A DNA stretch of 64,000 nt, from the NCBI GenBank assembly GCA_000934665.2, contig KZ538104.1:62001-126000 (forward strand), written 5' to 3'. This document shows, one piece after another, positions 13,901 through 28,762 of the stretch (within the stretch, counting starts at the first letter, position 1; each line of letters opens with the position of its first letter). The stretch is from Catajapyx aquilonaris. Lineage: Eukaryota. The notes beneath the pieces are model-generated. The model worked only from the letters and a program-made list of their open reading frames with translations. It was not told the DNA's origin and searched no databases. The translations under genes were made by a program, and so were the position numbers.

Positions 13901-16900
13901 ATTCAATCTGTGCTTGGTGACATCAATAAAGTTAACCTAAGTCATTACTGTACAGTACCCTCTATAATATGCAGCAGGTTAGGTTTGCGACTACTGAACT
14001 CCCGGACTGTATAATGATGCAGTACACCAGGACAAAGCATGTTTGTGACAACGATGGTAAACATACCAGTATAGTGTACGCAGGTGCGGTGACTCCGCAT
14101 CGCCGGATATTAAATCGCGCTGCCGGCACAACAATCTACTTGCTCAAATCTTAATTCACTTTTCTCTATACTGCAGTAACAAAGTTCGTTCCAATTGTCC
14201 AGGCAATTATCTTTGCATTATTCTGCGTTCTGTTTGAAGCTCTGTGTCGCTTTCATGTGATGTTGCAGAGTAATTCGTTGGCAATGATATCAATTAGCAG
14301 TGGGACAGAACAAAAAATGTGCAGGTTACTGACTCCCACTCCCACTGTAATGCAAGCACTACAAAAATTTAACATGTATGAATAATCTGATTGGACTCAT
14401 TGCACCGTCGAGTTTCGTTAAACGGAGCGTATTCTTCATAGCAAATATTGAATACATTCCATGCAGAGCAAACAGGCACGTTCATAGTCCTATAATTATG
14501 CACAAACCAGAATTTGAACTATTCTAAACGGTTAATTATGAATTAACTTGTTAACCCCTACAAAACCGAAGTGTGCATCAGTCAGTGAGGCAATGTCGAT
14601 GCTGGATTTTCGCCGGTTCGAGAAGTTTTTCAGGCGAATTTTTGTCCAGGGAACCTAATGTCTGAATAATATATTGTAAGTCACAGTGCAGAGTCAAGAT
14701 TACGTTTTTCAATGGGACGCGGTCTATTTGAAGGTAAGCGTGAACTGAGGTTAAATCACTGCATAGTGTGCGAAAGTTTTTCCACAACAAACTCAGTCAC
14801 AAAAGACGACTTTCCATTTCGTTTTTCAATTTCGCTTCAGATGTAAATAATATTCTACGGGTTTCCATCCTTATTAAAATGTATACTGTATCATGAACGT
14901 ATTTCCTCTGTAACGCACTGAAATGCACAAATTATATTGTAATTATACTGTACAGTACCTATAGCCCTATAATGATACAAAAACTGAGTCGGTAAATGAC
15001 TTTGCCTAAAGTAGTAATTCACCATGTGTTTTAATATAAATTTTGCATCAATTTTATTACAAATCAAAATACTGTAGGGAGTAAAAATTACCCGATAGAA
15101 AACTTGAATATTGCGACCCATTTTGAGATTGGGAACTTCACCTGGAGAAAATATCCCGGCAATTACTCATCATGGCAGCATAAATTCTGGGACAGCACAT
15201 AATTATTTTCATAAAGTGATAATAGGCCTATGCATCTTGAGTAATTCTGTTGCAGTTTCCCGTATGACCCTTGGTATGACCGTATCTAGGCAAAAACTAA
15301 ATAAATGACAGAGTTGCATTTTTCCAGAAATTTAGATTACATGTGGTAATCCACAATATTTCGTAAAAGAATTATCAAAATACTACCATGAAGTGTAAAT
15401 TTATGCCCCGTCAATTTATGCCTCCAGTCAAAATTTTCAACCTTAATTCTATCAAAATAAAATTATTTCAGCTGCATTTGCCTGCATAGTTATTGGAACA
15501 ACACACCAATATTTTAATATAAACTCAGTCTATGTGTGTGCAAGTCTACAGAGTAATATCAGGGAGCATATACTACATATAAGATTCTAGACACGCCAAA
15601 CACTACGTCGCTACAAAATGCAAAAAAGAAGAAGAAAAGAAAGTGCGCGAGCACCAAAATAACAAACTCGGAATCCAAGATGGCCGACTCGAGCATTACT
15701 CGCAATTTTTCATATTCTTCTCTTGTACTGCGCTTTTACTTCATTGTTCAAATTGCGGGCAGAGCAGGTAACGCAGGTGACGGATAATTTACCCATCTGA
15801 ATAGACAGTTTCTAAAATATGCGCCTGGCCATTTTAGCGATTGACACACGAGATAATAATTGTGCTGCGCAAAATCCTAAAAATATGCCGCTGGCGTATT
15901 AGCCAAAATAACGTTACCAAAAAAAAATGCCCAAAATTTTTATACGGTCGTAAACCAACAATGGCATCATTAACGTTTTCAGCAAATCCCTCTCGCACAA
16001 AATAATGATAGCAACTTTGCCAAAAAAATTATCCTAATTAGGCCTGCTAATTAATACCTCCTGCGAAACAACACCGCAGTATGGTTACATGAACTGTGAT
16101 TCTTCACATTTTGGAGCACCCTGTGCGCACCAGTGGGAGGGCCTGACTATATCTGCAGGCCCAGTGCTCGTAACATGTGGTTAATTCTCGTACCGACGGG
16201 TATTCAAGCCCGGTAATGACTCCGATTGCCCCTCCAAAAATGCATGTCCTTGTCCACTCAACTCTTCTTCCAGCTTAGAATCAATCTGTCAGGTGAATCC
16301 GAAACCGTGATTCACAGGCTGGTAATTTAGAGGAGCAGAAAAAAAGGCAAATATTTTCTAGGAATGTTTTGTCAGTCATGGGGAGGTATAGTTACTTGAA
16401 CCAAATAAAAAAAGAGGCCACAAGAGGCGGTTGGAAAAGTCGTTTGAGCCAATGAAAGGAGTTAAGATGGTGGCTCAGCGGGTGGCAAAAGGGAGGAGTC
16501 AGCCAAACGCTTCTTTGTTTAGTCATCTTCAACTCAAAAGGAACTGAGAGAAGAAGAAAGAAGGAAAGGAAAAAAAAGGAAAGCACACACACACACAAAC
16601 ACTCGTCAGAAGAAGAAGAAAAAAAAGGTCTTTTTATTGCCACTTCGGCAGACTACATGAGGGGTAATACGATCAGTGTCGTGACAAATTGAGAGAGATG
16701 TCCAACAGATGCGAGAATTTGTCTCTTTTAATTTATCGCGAGAGGAAGGTTTTTTGGCGAGCCAGGAAAAGACCAGGGCTCCTCCTTGTTTGTTTTCTCT
16801 TTATTTTTTTGTGCTTCAGGAAGCCTAGTGTTTTATAGATTTTGCTAACATTTTGGCCCCTAGGACGGAATAGGACGCTTCATATCGCAAATTTTTGCTA

Positions 16901-18214
16901 ACGTTTTAAAAATCCGTTACACACTCGACGATAAGATGTGTGTAGGTGTGAGCTGGAACATTTGTCACCGGGTGTGCACCAGTGTTTTCTAGATGTTCCA
17001 ACACGTTTCTTACCACTTCTTGGGAGCCCCCCTCAGAGCACGCTCCATCGGCCCCCGAAATGTAGGGGTACAAAAAAATGGGGGAAAAGATAATAAAAAA
17101 ATGTGCGTATAGTTGCTGTCGAGCAATAACTGGAGCATCTGTTCGGTATGGCCAACTTCCCATTAAGTTAGCTGACAAGGACATATTCGACGCTAAAATT
17201 GACTCAGCGTAACATTAGAGCTCTTCCCTTCTCAGCGGCAACGACAACAAAAAAAGAGAGAATCTAGTTTAGATAAGCGCATTTTTGGGTGGGAGCCTGT
17301 TGGGCTAATTATGAAACAAATTAATGCGTAATCCACACCGAAATTGTGTCGCACGTGGGCTCGGGAAAAATGTCACAAATTCGCTTGGTCGTCTTGATAG
17401 CTCGATATAACAAAAGATATTTAATTAAAAAGTAATTCGAAATTATGGTGCAACAGAAAAATATATATTTGTGTACATAGCCTAGCTCAACAACCACATG
17501 TGGGAGAGTCATCCCAACAATGGGTGGTAAATTTATGAGGGCAATTCCAAGTGAACAGGTGTATCCTAATATATCAGATTTATTGCCTGGGTCTTTGTCC
17601 CTTGTTGTATTGGGCCATTCAATTAATACGTTTATTAAAAATAAGAGAAAGCAGGTTGAAATTGCGTGGAATTGAAACGTTTACTTCTAATTTAAGGAGA
17701 AAAGAGGGGTCCATTTCCTTTGCCATGTTTCATGCGGGGTGGTACACTGCTCATGTTTACAAGAGAAACAGTGAGATGTTTTAAAAATTCTGTTTGTTAT
17801 TATTGCTTCTTTGTACTCTTGAACTGTAAATTCGGCACGAGTAGGCCTATAATATGAGTTCAAATGCAAATCCTATGCTATATTTAAGTACAGTGCAGCT
17901 AGCAGGCATGCTGAACGTGTTGCTTTGAACTTCCATTATTTTCATATTCAAATTCAAGTGTAACACTGCACAACTAGAGCCACAAATTAAATGTGGGAAA
18001 ATACCTAGCATAACCTGTACTCCGAGCTAATGATAATTAGGATAAAGTTGCTCCAAACTAGCAGAGTCGCGTCCACGTCATTTCCCGGCGATATTTTTGG
18101 CAATATGTTAGTTCCCACGGTAATATTATTTTTGGCAATATGTTAGCTCCCATGGTAATACAAAAATATTACCATGCTGGTAGCTAACATGTTCCCAAAA
18201 ATAGCGGAAATGAA

Positions 18215-18275
18215 ATGCGAAATTTCGGAGCAACTCCTGTTAAATTTTAACAAGAGTTGCTCCGAAATTTCGCAT
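18215..18275. repeat. Near-perfect 61-bp palindrome within a small repeat-rich (MITE-like) patch in the Toll intron
   Basis: atgcgaaatttcggagcaactcctgttaaa / tttaacaagagttgctccgaaatttcgcat. Adjacent 18090-18205 has direct and inverted ggcaatatgttag..ggtaata repeats. Confidence 0.7.
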
Positions 18276-21200
18276 GGTGCATATAATAACGTATCCACAC
18301 CCATCCCATCTCCCTATATACAAATAATATTGATCAGCAGTACACCAAACTCATCAAAATTCATCGTGGGTTTTGCTGATCCAACGCCCGACGACAAAGC
18401 CCCTGTTGCAATCTGGAGATGGCTTATGGAATTCCATGCCGGCTTCCAAAACTGGCACACACCAGTGGAGTCTACACTATACTATAGGGGGTATAAAGGA
18501 GTCGGAGAAAAGGGGGTTAGAGGAGGAGGGGGATATAATACAGAGGGAAATGTTTTACGCCCTGTCCCTGAATCTCCCGAGCATGCTTAACATGAATATT
18601 ACAGGCTCCATATTAAGGGTAATTAACTCGGCCGCATATGTTTTGAGCCATTCGATGTGTCCACTATAAAGAGGGGCGTATATTTTAAAACTAATATTAG
18701 GATTAAGTGGGACAAGAGCGGTAATCTGGATGTATGCAAATTTAGAGAAAATCTCTCATTATTTATTGCAAGCAGTTGAACAAAAATTTGCAGATTTTCT
18801 CATATAATTTGCATTCATACAACCTGGTCTGAGCATATGACTGTGGTTTAACAAGATAGTTGTTTATGGGGCGGATCTTCATTTTTTTTTTTTAAAAAAA
18901 AAGGAAAAGCAGGCACAATTTTCTTGCTGATAAAGTCACAAGCTTGGGGTTTTTTTTGGATGAGGACTAATTTGGGAGTCCTGAAGCGACGCAGTGTGAA
19001 ATATAGAGCGCATTAGTTTGATGAGCGCACTCTTCGAATGGCTAGGGCAATTTAGAAAGCAATAACTGCAGCAATGTCCATACAAACAGGTCTAATTGCT
19101 AATGATTTAGTGCTATTATAGATCAGCCTTGATTAGAGAAGCGATACGACGAAAAAGAAAAGCGCTCTGGCATATGGGTGGCCCCGGAGGCAAAGCAGTT
19201 TTAATATTTTTCCGGATTGGGAGGGGGGGGAGCAGAGGGGGGGGGGCTGATTTCTTCAGAAAAACGTGCCTCGACTAAGCCATGGGGTGGTCGTAAAAAT
19301 CCGTATTAATTAACCTTTTGTCATCGGCCATAAGTGAGGCTATTATCTAAACCTGTCAGTTATCTTCTTTTTTATTTAAGCCTCATATGATCCGTTGGGG
19401 TTGTTATAAAAGTTAAAAATAATTCGCATACTAGTCAGTGCTGTTAAAATGTCCGTAGTAATTAGAATTAAGCTGTTATTTTAATCAGTTATTTTAGGGG
19501 TTATATCATAAGCATGACGGTTTGTACTTGTATAAAGAGGGCACGGTCTGCAAAAATGGATCCTTATATAGACCTCCGATGTTGATTGTTCCAACGGGTT
19601 CATTTTGCAATCGGAAATTCATGGCAATTCAGATCTTGGGTGTACGGTTCAGTTCGGCCTAATATTAGCAGCTAATACTTTTGACAAGGTCCACCAAAAT
19701 GGAAGCATTCATAAGTAAATGCTTAAAGCAGCTTAGTTCCAAAAATAGCTATAGTCGTTACTGACAATGTGCTAAAAATATTTTACTGGCATTTTCGGAA
19801 AAGTCTATTTGCGAATTAATTGATAAGGAGTGGCTATAACATAGTACTGATGCATCTGGTATGAATTAATTGCGATGACATATACTGTTCAAATGGAAAT
19901 AATCGATTTGATTAATAAATTTCAGTGTTTCAAGTGTGTGTTTCCAACGCATAAAGAGTTTTTAAAGTAAAGCAGAAAAAACGATTCAACATAATTCCTG
20001 TGGAATTCAGAGAGGTTATCAACCTTGCATTTCCCGTTTACTAAGTAATTAGGAGCTAAATACCGTCTGAGAGGCGGTTAATTATGACATTTGTTTGTAA
20101 ATTACATCAGACGATCGCATACGGTTTCTGAATTCGTCCCAAGTTGGAGAGTGATTGTTGGGGTAAACAATACGTAACGTGTCTTCACCTCTTGACTTTC
20201 GAGCTCGTTGCAGTGACACGGCCTGCATTTAATTTTTCTTAATGTAAATATCCCCGCGCAGCTTTGTTTTTCTCACCAACAAAAGTGATTTATAAACCAT
20301 ACAGCAGTGTATTATTCGTGGTGTTCTCATAGTTAAAGCCTATATGACATCCTGCATCGGTACATTGGCCTTGCTTCCTGCGGAAATTTTCCTCTGCGCC
20401 GCCGCTTTGTTTTGTATGACTGGCTATGCAATTAGTGGGTCAGGTGACTCAGCAACATTTTCATTTTTCGAGCCAGGAAAAATACGCACCGGGGCTATTA
20501 TATTGCCTGCTTTTCCAGCGAATATTTTATACTAACAAGGGTTGCATACCTATATAGCATGGGGCTCTTTTTTTGTGTGTGTGGCCAGCTACATGGGATA
20601 ATTTACATACAATGCAACTTTGCGTTGTTTCAGCGGAGAAGGTAAAAAAAAGGGGGTCGACTCTAGCAGAAATTGTAAGTTATTGCCTACAAAACCGGAG
20701 TACAATACACGTGTTTAAAAATTTGGGAGGCTTCACAACCGAAACTAGTTGCTCTGACATTTCAAGTAGTTTCTTTCATTTGTGGTGAGTTTTTCGCAAC
20801 ACCAGAGGCGTTAAGCCGCTTATCAAAAATCCTGTAATGTTCAAAAAATGCAAGAGTTAAAAAAAGGAAGACTGCAAATGTGTTGCAAATTATGGCTATT
20901 CACTGTGATGTAGATAGCTTTTGTAATTTAGCTGTGAAATATTGCTTAGTCATATTATCCACAATATGATAGATGCACAAAGATGCACAATGTTATCAGA
21001 AAAACTCTTTCGAATAATAATGACAATCGGCACTGATAAAATTTATGCAAATGTCAGGCGCAAAATTACTTCATCTTTTGATGACTCAGCGTTATCTATA
21101 TTTTTGCATGAAACTCTTTTTTTTCCATTTCATACGACTAAAGCCAGTGTATTTTAAAACGTAAGTAACAGAAGTCATGAACATGCCTGGAAGACGACCA

Positions 21201-22217
21201 ATTAAATTTTATCAGTTTCCTCCCTAATACAACGACGGATTAATTAAAAACTTAACTAGGCCCCCCGAGCGGAGATGAAATATCAAAAGCGGCAAAAGTA
21301 GCCCCATTGCAAAAGCTTACTGCGAATAACAAACGTTTATTCCTTTTGCCCCCCGACTGTTTATTTTCACAGAGCTGAAGGCACCTCATTAACAGGATTA
21401 TGTTGCATCTCGGCTTTTCCCAGATAAGAATACTTGTAACAAAAAATATATATATTACTAGAGCCTGTTGAATGATGCGAGACACAACATGGTTCGATGG
21501 CAGGCCTTTAGGCCACTAGTGTTACACGATTTAGGCGTGAAGTTAATTTGTTTATTGTCGAGAGGAGGGGGTCATTTTTGCTGGCAAATTAACGCAATTA
21601 GCTTGGGCCTAACAGCAATGCCGGATCCAATTGAGCCTTGTAACTACTTTTAGTTTACAATGCGAGATACACCGATTTTCATCTGATAGTTGACAATGTT
21701 ATCAACCATTTTATATTACAAGTTTATCAGGCGACGGACACTGATGGAACAATAATGGTTCAATTTGAAGAATTGTAAAAAAAAAAATTACAAGCAGCCA
21801 TGTTCAGCAGGCATATTAAATTATTCTAATTTCCTATAGGGAAAAATCACGTGCGCTTCGCGAAGTTTTTTGAGAAATTAGTCTAGGCCTGCACGTGCAG
21901 GATACACTGCCTCCATAACGACATTATATTTGCATATTTAGATATTTTTGTACTCATAATCGAATTGGCAAGCTTTCATTTACGATGTAATGAAATAATT
22001 TGTTTTTACAACGCCATTTTGGCAACATGGCGATGTAACGTTCGTTTCTCCAAACGGCATTGTTCTCCACCTTCCCATTTTTCACATTTGAATATTGCCG
22101 AAAAATCTGGCCAGTACTTACATTTGCCTTTTTAAAAAATTTGAACCGTTGGCTGGCAGAACGATGAATTACTTTCACTTTCCGACTATTGTGACACACC
22201 TGCGCCTAGTGCCTTAC

Positions 22218-23519
22218 CTGCAGATTGGAGACTGATGCAGGCACTTTGGTGAGTCTGTTCCCGCTGAGACTGAGGTCCTGCAGATTGGAGCAGTTCCTGA
22301 AGGCCTCCCGATGCACCTCCCCGATCTGGTTGTGGTCCAGGAAGATCTGGTTCAGCACGTAGAGTCCGTCCAGAAGAAAGGCGTCCACTACCACCAAGTT
22401 GTTGTAGGTGAGAGACAGGATGTGGAGGTTGCTCAGGGGCAAGAAGGTGCCGTCACCAATGCTGGATATCTGGTTGTGGTCCAGGTTCAGCACCTGCAGG
22501 CTGTACAGGTCCCTGAAGGAGTTGGCGTCCAGCTTGGTCAGCGAGTTGTAGGCCAGGTTCAGAATCACAAGCCGGATCAGTCCTTTGAACGTGTCCTTAT
22601 GGACCCAAGTGCTGGTCAACGCGTTTGTGGACAGGTCAAGCACCAACAGCTGGTCCATGTCCTCGAACAGTCCTGGAGCCAGCACGCTGATGGTGTTGTT
22701 CTGCAGGTAAATTTCTCGTAGCTCCCTGGAGCTGAGGAACAGCTCTGGAGGTAGAGCCACCAGCTGGTTGCTGGACAGGTTGAGCAGCCTGAGCGAGACC
22801 AGTCCGGACAGGGCCAGATCGCCCACCGTCTTGATCTCGTTATTCTGCAGGTACAGCTCCTGCAGCTTCTTCAACTGGACCAGCGAGTTGTCCTGGAGGC
22901 CCGGCAGCTCGTTTCTGGACAAATCCAGCCGGACCAGAGGCGGCTGGCAACTCGGACCGGCCTGGAAGCCCAAATCATGCGCGTCCTGCAGGTGGTTCTG
23001 GCTCAGGTTAAGAGTGACCAGATTGGACAGCGGACAGAGCAATCCGGCTGGAAGCGTGTAGATGTTATTCCGACTCATGTCCAGCCACTGCAGCTCCTTA
23101 AGTCCGGCCAAACAATCCGGCTCCAGCTCCATGGTCATGGCCGACCAGTCCGAGTTGTGCGTCCTGAGGCTGAGCCTCTTGAGATGGACCAGCCCTCCGA
23201 AGCTGCCCCAGGGCACGCTTCTGATCTTGCAAAAGTCCACATGCAGCTCCCGGAGGTTGACCAGCCTGGTGAAGCTCTGGTTGCCCAAGCTGCTCTCGAA
23301 GAAGAGGACGTCGCTGCATCGGAGGCTAAGCTTCCAAGCGTGGTCCACCTGGTACTGGCTGAAGTTGTAGAATTGAAAGTCTCCAGCCAGAGTCCTGAGA
23401 TGGCAACCCAAGGCCTGCTTCCCTTCCTCCGAGTCCAGCCTGGTCCAGAGGCAGTTGGGAGGAGGATCTTTGCTGGAGGACACCACTCGCAGCAGGAGGA
23501 AGAGCAACCAGAGGCCCAT
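22218..23519 (-). CDS. Tollo: Toll-like receptor (long Toll, Toll-8/Tollo-like), coding exon 1: signal peptide and N-terminal LRRs
   Basis: ATG at 23519 starts the hydrophobic signal peptide MGLWLLFLLLRVVSS. Many LxxLxLxxN repeats follow, including LRTHNSDWSAMTMEL typical of the Toll-6/7/8 group. The exon ends CAG|GTAAGG (phase-0 donor at 22217). Subfamily name is from motif recognition, not phylogeny. Confidence 0.9.
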
Positions 23520-23656
23520 CTTCCCCCGCCAAAACACTGGTCTCAACAACGCATCGCGGATACTTCACTTATTTGGAAATAACAACTAGAGAGACGAATA
23601 TAGCGCACACAACCGAACTGGGAGCTACACACGTGTCGTCTGTTGGAGCCGGCAGC

Positions 23657-23695
23657 ACTGAATGGAAGCCAGAGCCGGTGCCGGTTTGCCTTATA
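23657..23695 (-). promoter_or_regulatory. Candidate core promoter of the Toll gene (TATA-like plus arthropod Inr)
   Basis: Minus-strand TATAA at 23695-23691 and TCAGT at 23661-23657, about 140 nt upstream of the ATG. Spacing of about 36 nt is slightly longer than canonical. Confidence 0.45.
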
Positions 23696-24010
23696 CGCCC
23701 CGCTTCTTAGCTGGATGGGGGACGGGGGAGGAGGAGGAGGGTAGATGGGAAAAGCTGGTTGGTTGGTTTCAGGGGATGTGAATATGTTTCGAGGGGTTTC
23801 AGGCAGGGGGCAGGCCCTCTCGCATCGCTCTCGGGCTGCCATGTGCTCCACGTGATGCAGACGCCTGCTGTCGGACGATCACACTGCTTCATCTCCCAGC
23901 CCCGAATGTACTATCCGGGATGAAAATGTTGGGACACTCCTCTTTGGCGACAGTACAAGAGAAGAAGAAGGAGAAAAAAATCATAAGTTCATTACTTGCG
24001 GAGTGCTGGA

Positions 24011-24135
24011 CATTAATGGTGTCGTATTGGTGGCGCCACGAGCCACCAGCGACAAAAGTGGGGATCGAAGTGATGAATTAGCACCAATTTTTGTCGCCAT
24101 CGGCTAGTGGCGCCACCAGTACGACACAATTAATG
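24011..24135. repeat. Imperfect 125-bp inverted repeat upstream of the Toll gene
   Basis: cattaatggtgtcgtattggtggcgccac pairs with gtggcgccaccagtacgacacaattaatg; inner gcgacaaaa pairs with ttttgtcgc. Confidence 0.75.
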
Positions 24136-27100
24136 CAAATCTGACAGATACTGTAGTTCTGAATATACCCAGAGCACAATAATAAGGCGACGATCTTCCC
24201 TGCTTATGCAGCTTCCCGAATCTTCAGAGAATAAACTTTGATCCTATACGCTCGGGAATAATAGGGAGTGCTCTTCTTTCTCCTTATAGCACAAACTAGG
24301 CCCAGTTCAGGAGCCCTGAATCGTTATTGTTTCCAGTCAGAGTCGACTTTGTGTGCCAGGCATGATTTAAGGCTAAAGGGATAAAATTGTTGGCATGACA
24401 ACAGATTGCGCGAGGATTATGTGCTGTATACATATTGTAGGCCCCGCAAATCACGGTCGGGGCTCATCCGTGCTGAGAGATAGACTCGATAAGTGTAATA
24501 TTGAGTCAGGCGTCGACACTATAGCTGGTCTTATAACCGGGTTGTGGGGGAAAGGGATTATTTATATGACTTGCTTTTGTGCGTGTGTGCTGCCTTTTTG
24601 CTCAAATTATTGATCAGGGGTTTACCTCCAAACTGTTCATTACATAAAATGGGAAGACAAATCTGCAATAAACGCTGTGTTACACCTGCTGGTCAAAATT
24701 ATTGGTCTGCTCTTTTTTTGCCGAAGTTTTAGAAGTGATGTGGTTCGTCCATTATATTTTGTAGGCTTCACTTAATTTAAAGCCACTAATAATGTGAAAT
24801 TCTGATGCGAGTGTATTAAAATCTGCTTTACATTTATTGCAGTAATAATCCTGTGCCTAATCCCTATAATGAAGTGGGATTTTAATATTATCATCAGACA
24901 TTATAAATTATAAATTATATAATCTGAAAAACCTGAAAATAAACATTTAATCCCATACATATGTAGGAATATATTCAGCGTCCTTGTTTAATTAAATTCA
25001 ACCCATTCTCAGCAGGATTCAAGTTGTAAAATTCGGATTTCATTTGACAAAATCCGTTTAAATTTAATTTCATGATCCTGTTTCAAGTTGCCCATTAAAA
25101 GATTTGATTTTACTGTATAATTTATATGCTTTTAGTAATAGAAACTACAGCCGTTTTTATATTTACCGTGTTACACTACGGATATCTGAAACTAAATGTG
25201 AAATCCGAGTTTGAATTCATGAAAATCCTGTAATATCCTGATCAAGTTGATGAACACTAATTAATGAAATATCTCCGATTAAACGTTAATCCAAATGCAT
25301 TTAATCGGAAGTTTTCCCTCGCCGTGTGTGTTGCGCATTCATAAACAAACGGCCCTAAATCCTTATTTACCCAACATAATCTGTGATATTCATCATTCTA
25401 AGGATGCACGGGACCAGAACCTAACTGTCTCGACCTGACAAGTCCAGCTATGACGTATGTTTTTATCGCATGACAGGCGCGTCCAGCCGGGACATAAAAG
25501 CCTTATTAATATAATAAGGCCTTCCCTCTATTTATTAGTTCCTAGCAATAACCACGATATTACCTGGCCACTCAGCACATCAACCTGAATTGCCCCATAT
25601 CTCATTCCTAGATCACAAAAAAATTAAGCACCATATCTTTTTTATATTCAATCTCATTTTGTGTATTATTCTTGAGAAAACTTCCTACGCCTGATCTTGA
25701 TTCGCTCGACGTCAATTGCGCAATTATCGTCCAGGAGGGCCGGAAAAAACAATTATTGTTTTTTTTCTTCTTCTTAAACAACTTCCACAGCCTCAGAGAA
25801 ATATCCGTGACAGGTCAGCATTTGAACCAAAGTGACGAGATAAAGACCACCAGCTTGGCCGCCCAAAAACTGGCCCCAAAATTAGTTCCCATTCAGCTGA
25901 GTGACACACAACAGGCCGATTTTCTGAAGAACATATATTTTTTTTTGTGGAACAGTAAAGGTCCCAATTACCATATAACAATCTCTCGTGCACCAAATTG
26001 ATTGTTTATTCTCATCAGTGCAAATAAGGCTTGTTTTGCCAAAAAAATGTTGTCAGTACAGGCAAGACATTTTGATGTGGGCGTGACTGTTTGTGAACGT
26101 TTCAACGGGTTTACCTGACCCTCCAATACTCTTTTTTTTCTTTCTCTAAAGGAGTAGCTAACCGGCCTGAAAGCACGCAGTAAGTCACATGCAACCTGAA
26201 GCTAATTACCTACCGCAGGTAATTACCGGGGGTGATGCGTAGGATTTTCTACATTTTTGTAAATACATACTGTCATCATCTGAAACGATGTAATTAACCA
26301 GAGAGAGAGGATTAATAGAATAGTTTGGCCGGTTGCACCTGCCTCATGTCCAAGGAGACGTAATCAAGATGGTTCCTTAGTTTTATTTTTTTTGTGTTTT
26401 ATTTTTTGGGCCGGGAGGAAGGCTCGTGATAGGTTTTCGTGCAATGATTGATTTATTGGGACTCCTCCAGTCTGATTCCAGTTGACCAATCGTGATTCGT
26501 GTGCGTGCTGTGCTGGATTATTTCCGAGTAGTTCAGGTGACGGCTCAGAGGTTCCAACCCACCTTTGCTCTTTCTTTTGTGTGTGTAAGTGTGTGTTGAT
26601 ATAGTCGATATTGCTCGACACACTAAAGTTGATTGCATATTGCTGCGTACTGCATGCACTGCGTATGAATTTAAAATTTCCATCTGCACAGTGCACTGTG
26701 TGTTTGTTGTACAGTATATTTGGCAGAAAATTAATTGAATATATTATGTACAATCCCATCTGAAAATAACATTAAACATTTAACCCGTTTACAAATTTAA
26801 AAATATTATATAGCAACCGTGCAAATTCAACACAAACTCGCAGCCAGATATTCTAGTGAGAATTTTCAACAAACCTGCAGTGGAACCATCACAGCATGAC
26901 AAAATCAATGGAAAATGCGGTGTGCACGACTTTTTAACAAAATTTTATCTGCACAATAATACGGTACACATGAATTGAAACCAACCTGAGACGAGCGTAA
27001 CAAAGGAGAAAGAAAAGGATGTGAGCAAGTCAAGTTGTGCTCAGCGGGGGCAAGAGAATGGAGGAGGCCACCATGATAATAACTCCCGAGCGCACTTCGC

Positions 27101-28762
27101 ATGCTAGCCAGACCAAAGAGCAGGTGAGCGTGAAATATAAAACACAACGTATATAAAAATAAAATAAAGCAATTATCAGGCGGGGCTAGCCACATAAGTA
27201 GGCGGCTTGTGATTCGCCAACGAATGCGAACCAATCCAGGGATGGACAGATGGCGGAAGCGGGCTTTTTGTCAGCCAACAAATGTTGCCAAGTGAATGGA
27301 CATAGGGGGTTAAGGCTTGTGTCAACCAGGCAGGGGGTCAGGGGGATACTGTGGAGAAGCCGAAAAGCAACAAAGGACCAAGTGGAAAGAATAAAAAAAA
27401 ATTGGGAGGGAGACTTACGTGTCAAGCCGATTAACGCCTCGGTCCCCATAATTGGCCACGCACACACTCATTCATGTTTTAACAATATGCGTCCCATCTG
27501 ACAAGATGAAAGACACGCTGCTTTGCAATCGATATAGAGTCAGGATGGGTTGGGGATCAATTGTTGTAGCTGGAGTTCCCAAGTAGGTATGACAAAATGG
27601 GTCCAATTGGACGGCCATTTTGGGACCACACAACTAGAGTGTTGGTATGAATAAAATATGGCAACGTGTAGAGGGCAGAAGCGGAAGGAGGCGGTGCATG
27701 TCAATAACGGCCATTCGCGTGTCCGTGTCCCGGATAATTGAAGCGAAAGAAACTGGTTACATTGGGGCGGTGCTGACGTCACATCCTGCCCGCTTATTAA
27801 GCCTTCACGCTTCACGTATGTCTCGAAACGCATGGGAAGAACCAGCAAGGCACACACACCAAAAAAAAATAATTATAATATAAAAAAGAGGAAGAGCCAG
27901 GGACTGCATATGCAAGTCAAGTTTTTCTCACACAATGTCAGGTGTCACTACTTTTTTTCTTCTTCGACAATAAATAATGGGTTGACACATTTGCATACGC
28001 GCCTTGTGGGGATCCATGCGTGACGTGTAGTACCTAGACGTGTTTTGTGGTGGTCGGCAGCTGACAAGAAACCTCTGGATGTTGCATGCGAAATCGGACG
28101 CATAATTTCGCATATTTTCCTAGCCGATGACTTGTTTGGTTCCTGGGTGCCAAAAGGTTTTATCAGATCCATATCAATTGAAATCTCCCCTAAGTGCTAA
28201 ATTTGTAATAAACAAGCAAGCAAGCAAATAAATAAATAAATAATCGATAGTAATAATTACATAATAACAAGTGCACTGCTGTATAATAAGGCTGCATTAT
28301 TATTATTATATGCCATTATGCATTTATTATATGCATTATTATATGCCAACTCTTCTGGAGACACCCGGAACAATAATATTCGGTAGCCATCAATGCATAT
28401 GTAATTTCAAACCGTCTGTCTACATCGATCAGAGGCAATCGGGCTGTCAATAACCCGAGAGAAAGGCAAAAAGAGGGGAGATTGACGTGTGCCATTGTTA
28501 TTTATGAGGCGCGTGACGTGTTGACAAACAGTGCTGTTAATAAAGGGTGCCCACGCGTTGGTGGCAACCAGGAAAACAAATAACGGCGACATGTGAGGGC
28601 CTCCGAATCAAATATGACTATCCTTTCACCGGATGAATGCATAAACTAGACGCGATCGAGACGTGTTCGAGACGGTATCGTATCAGACCGGCTTGTGCTG
28701 CCATCTTTGGAGCGAATATTCAACCCGAGATACAGCCATCGGAATGTGTCATACTACAGCTC

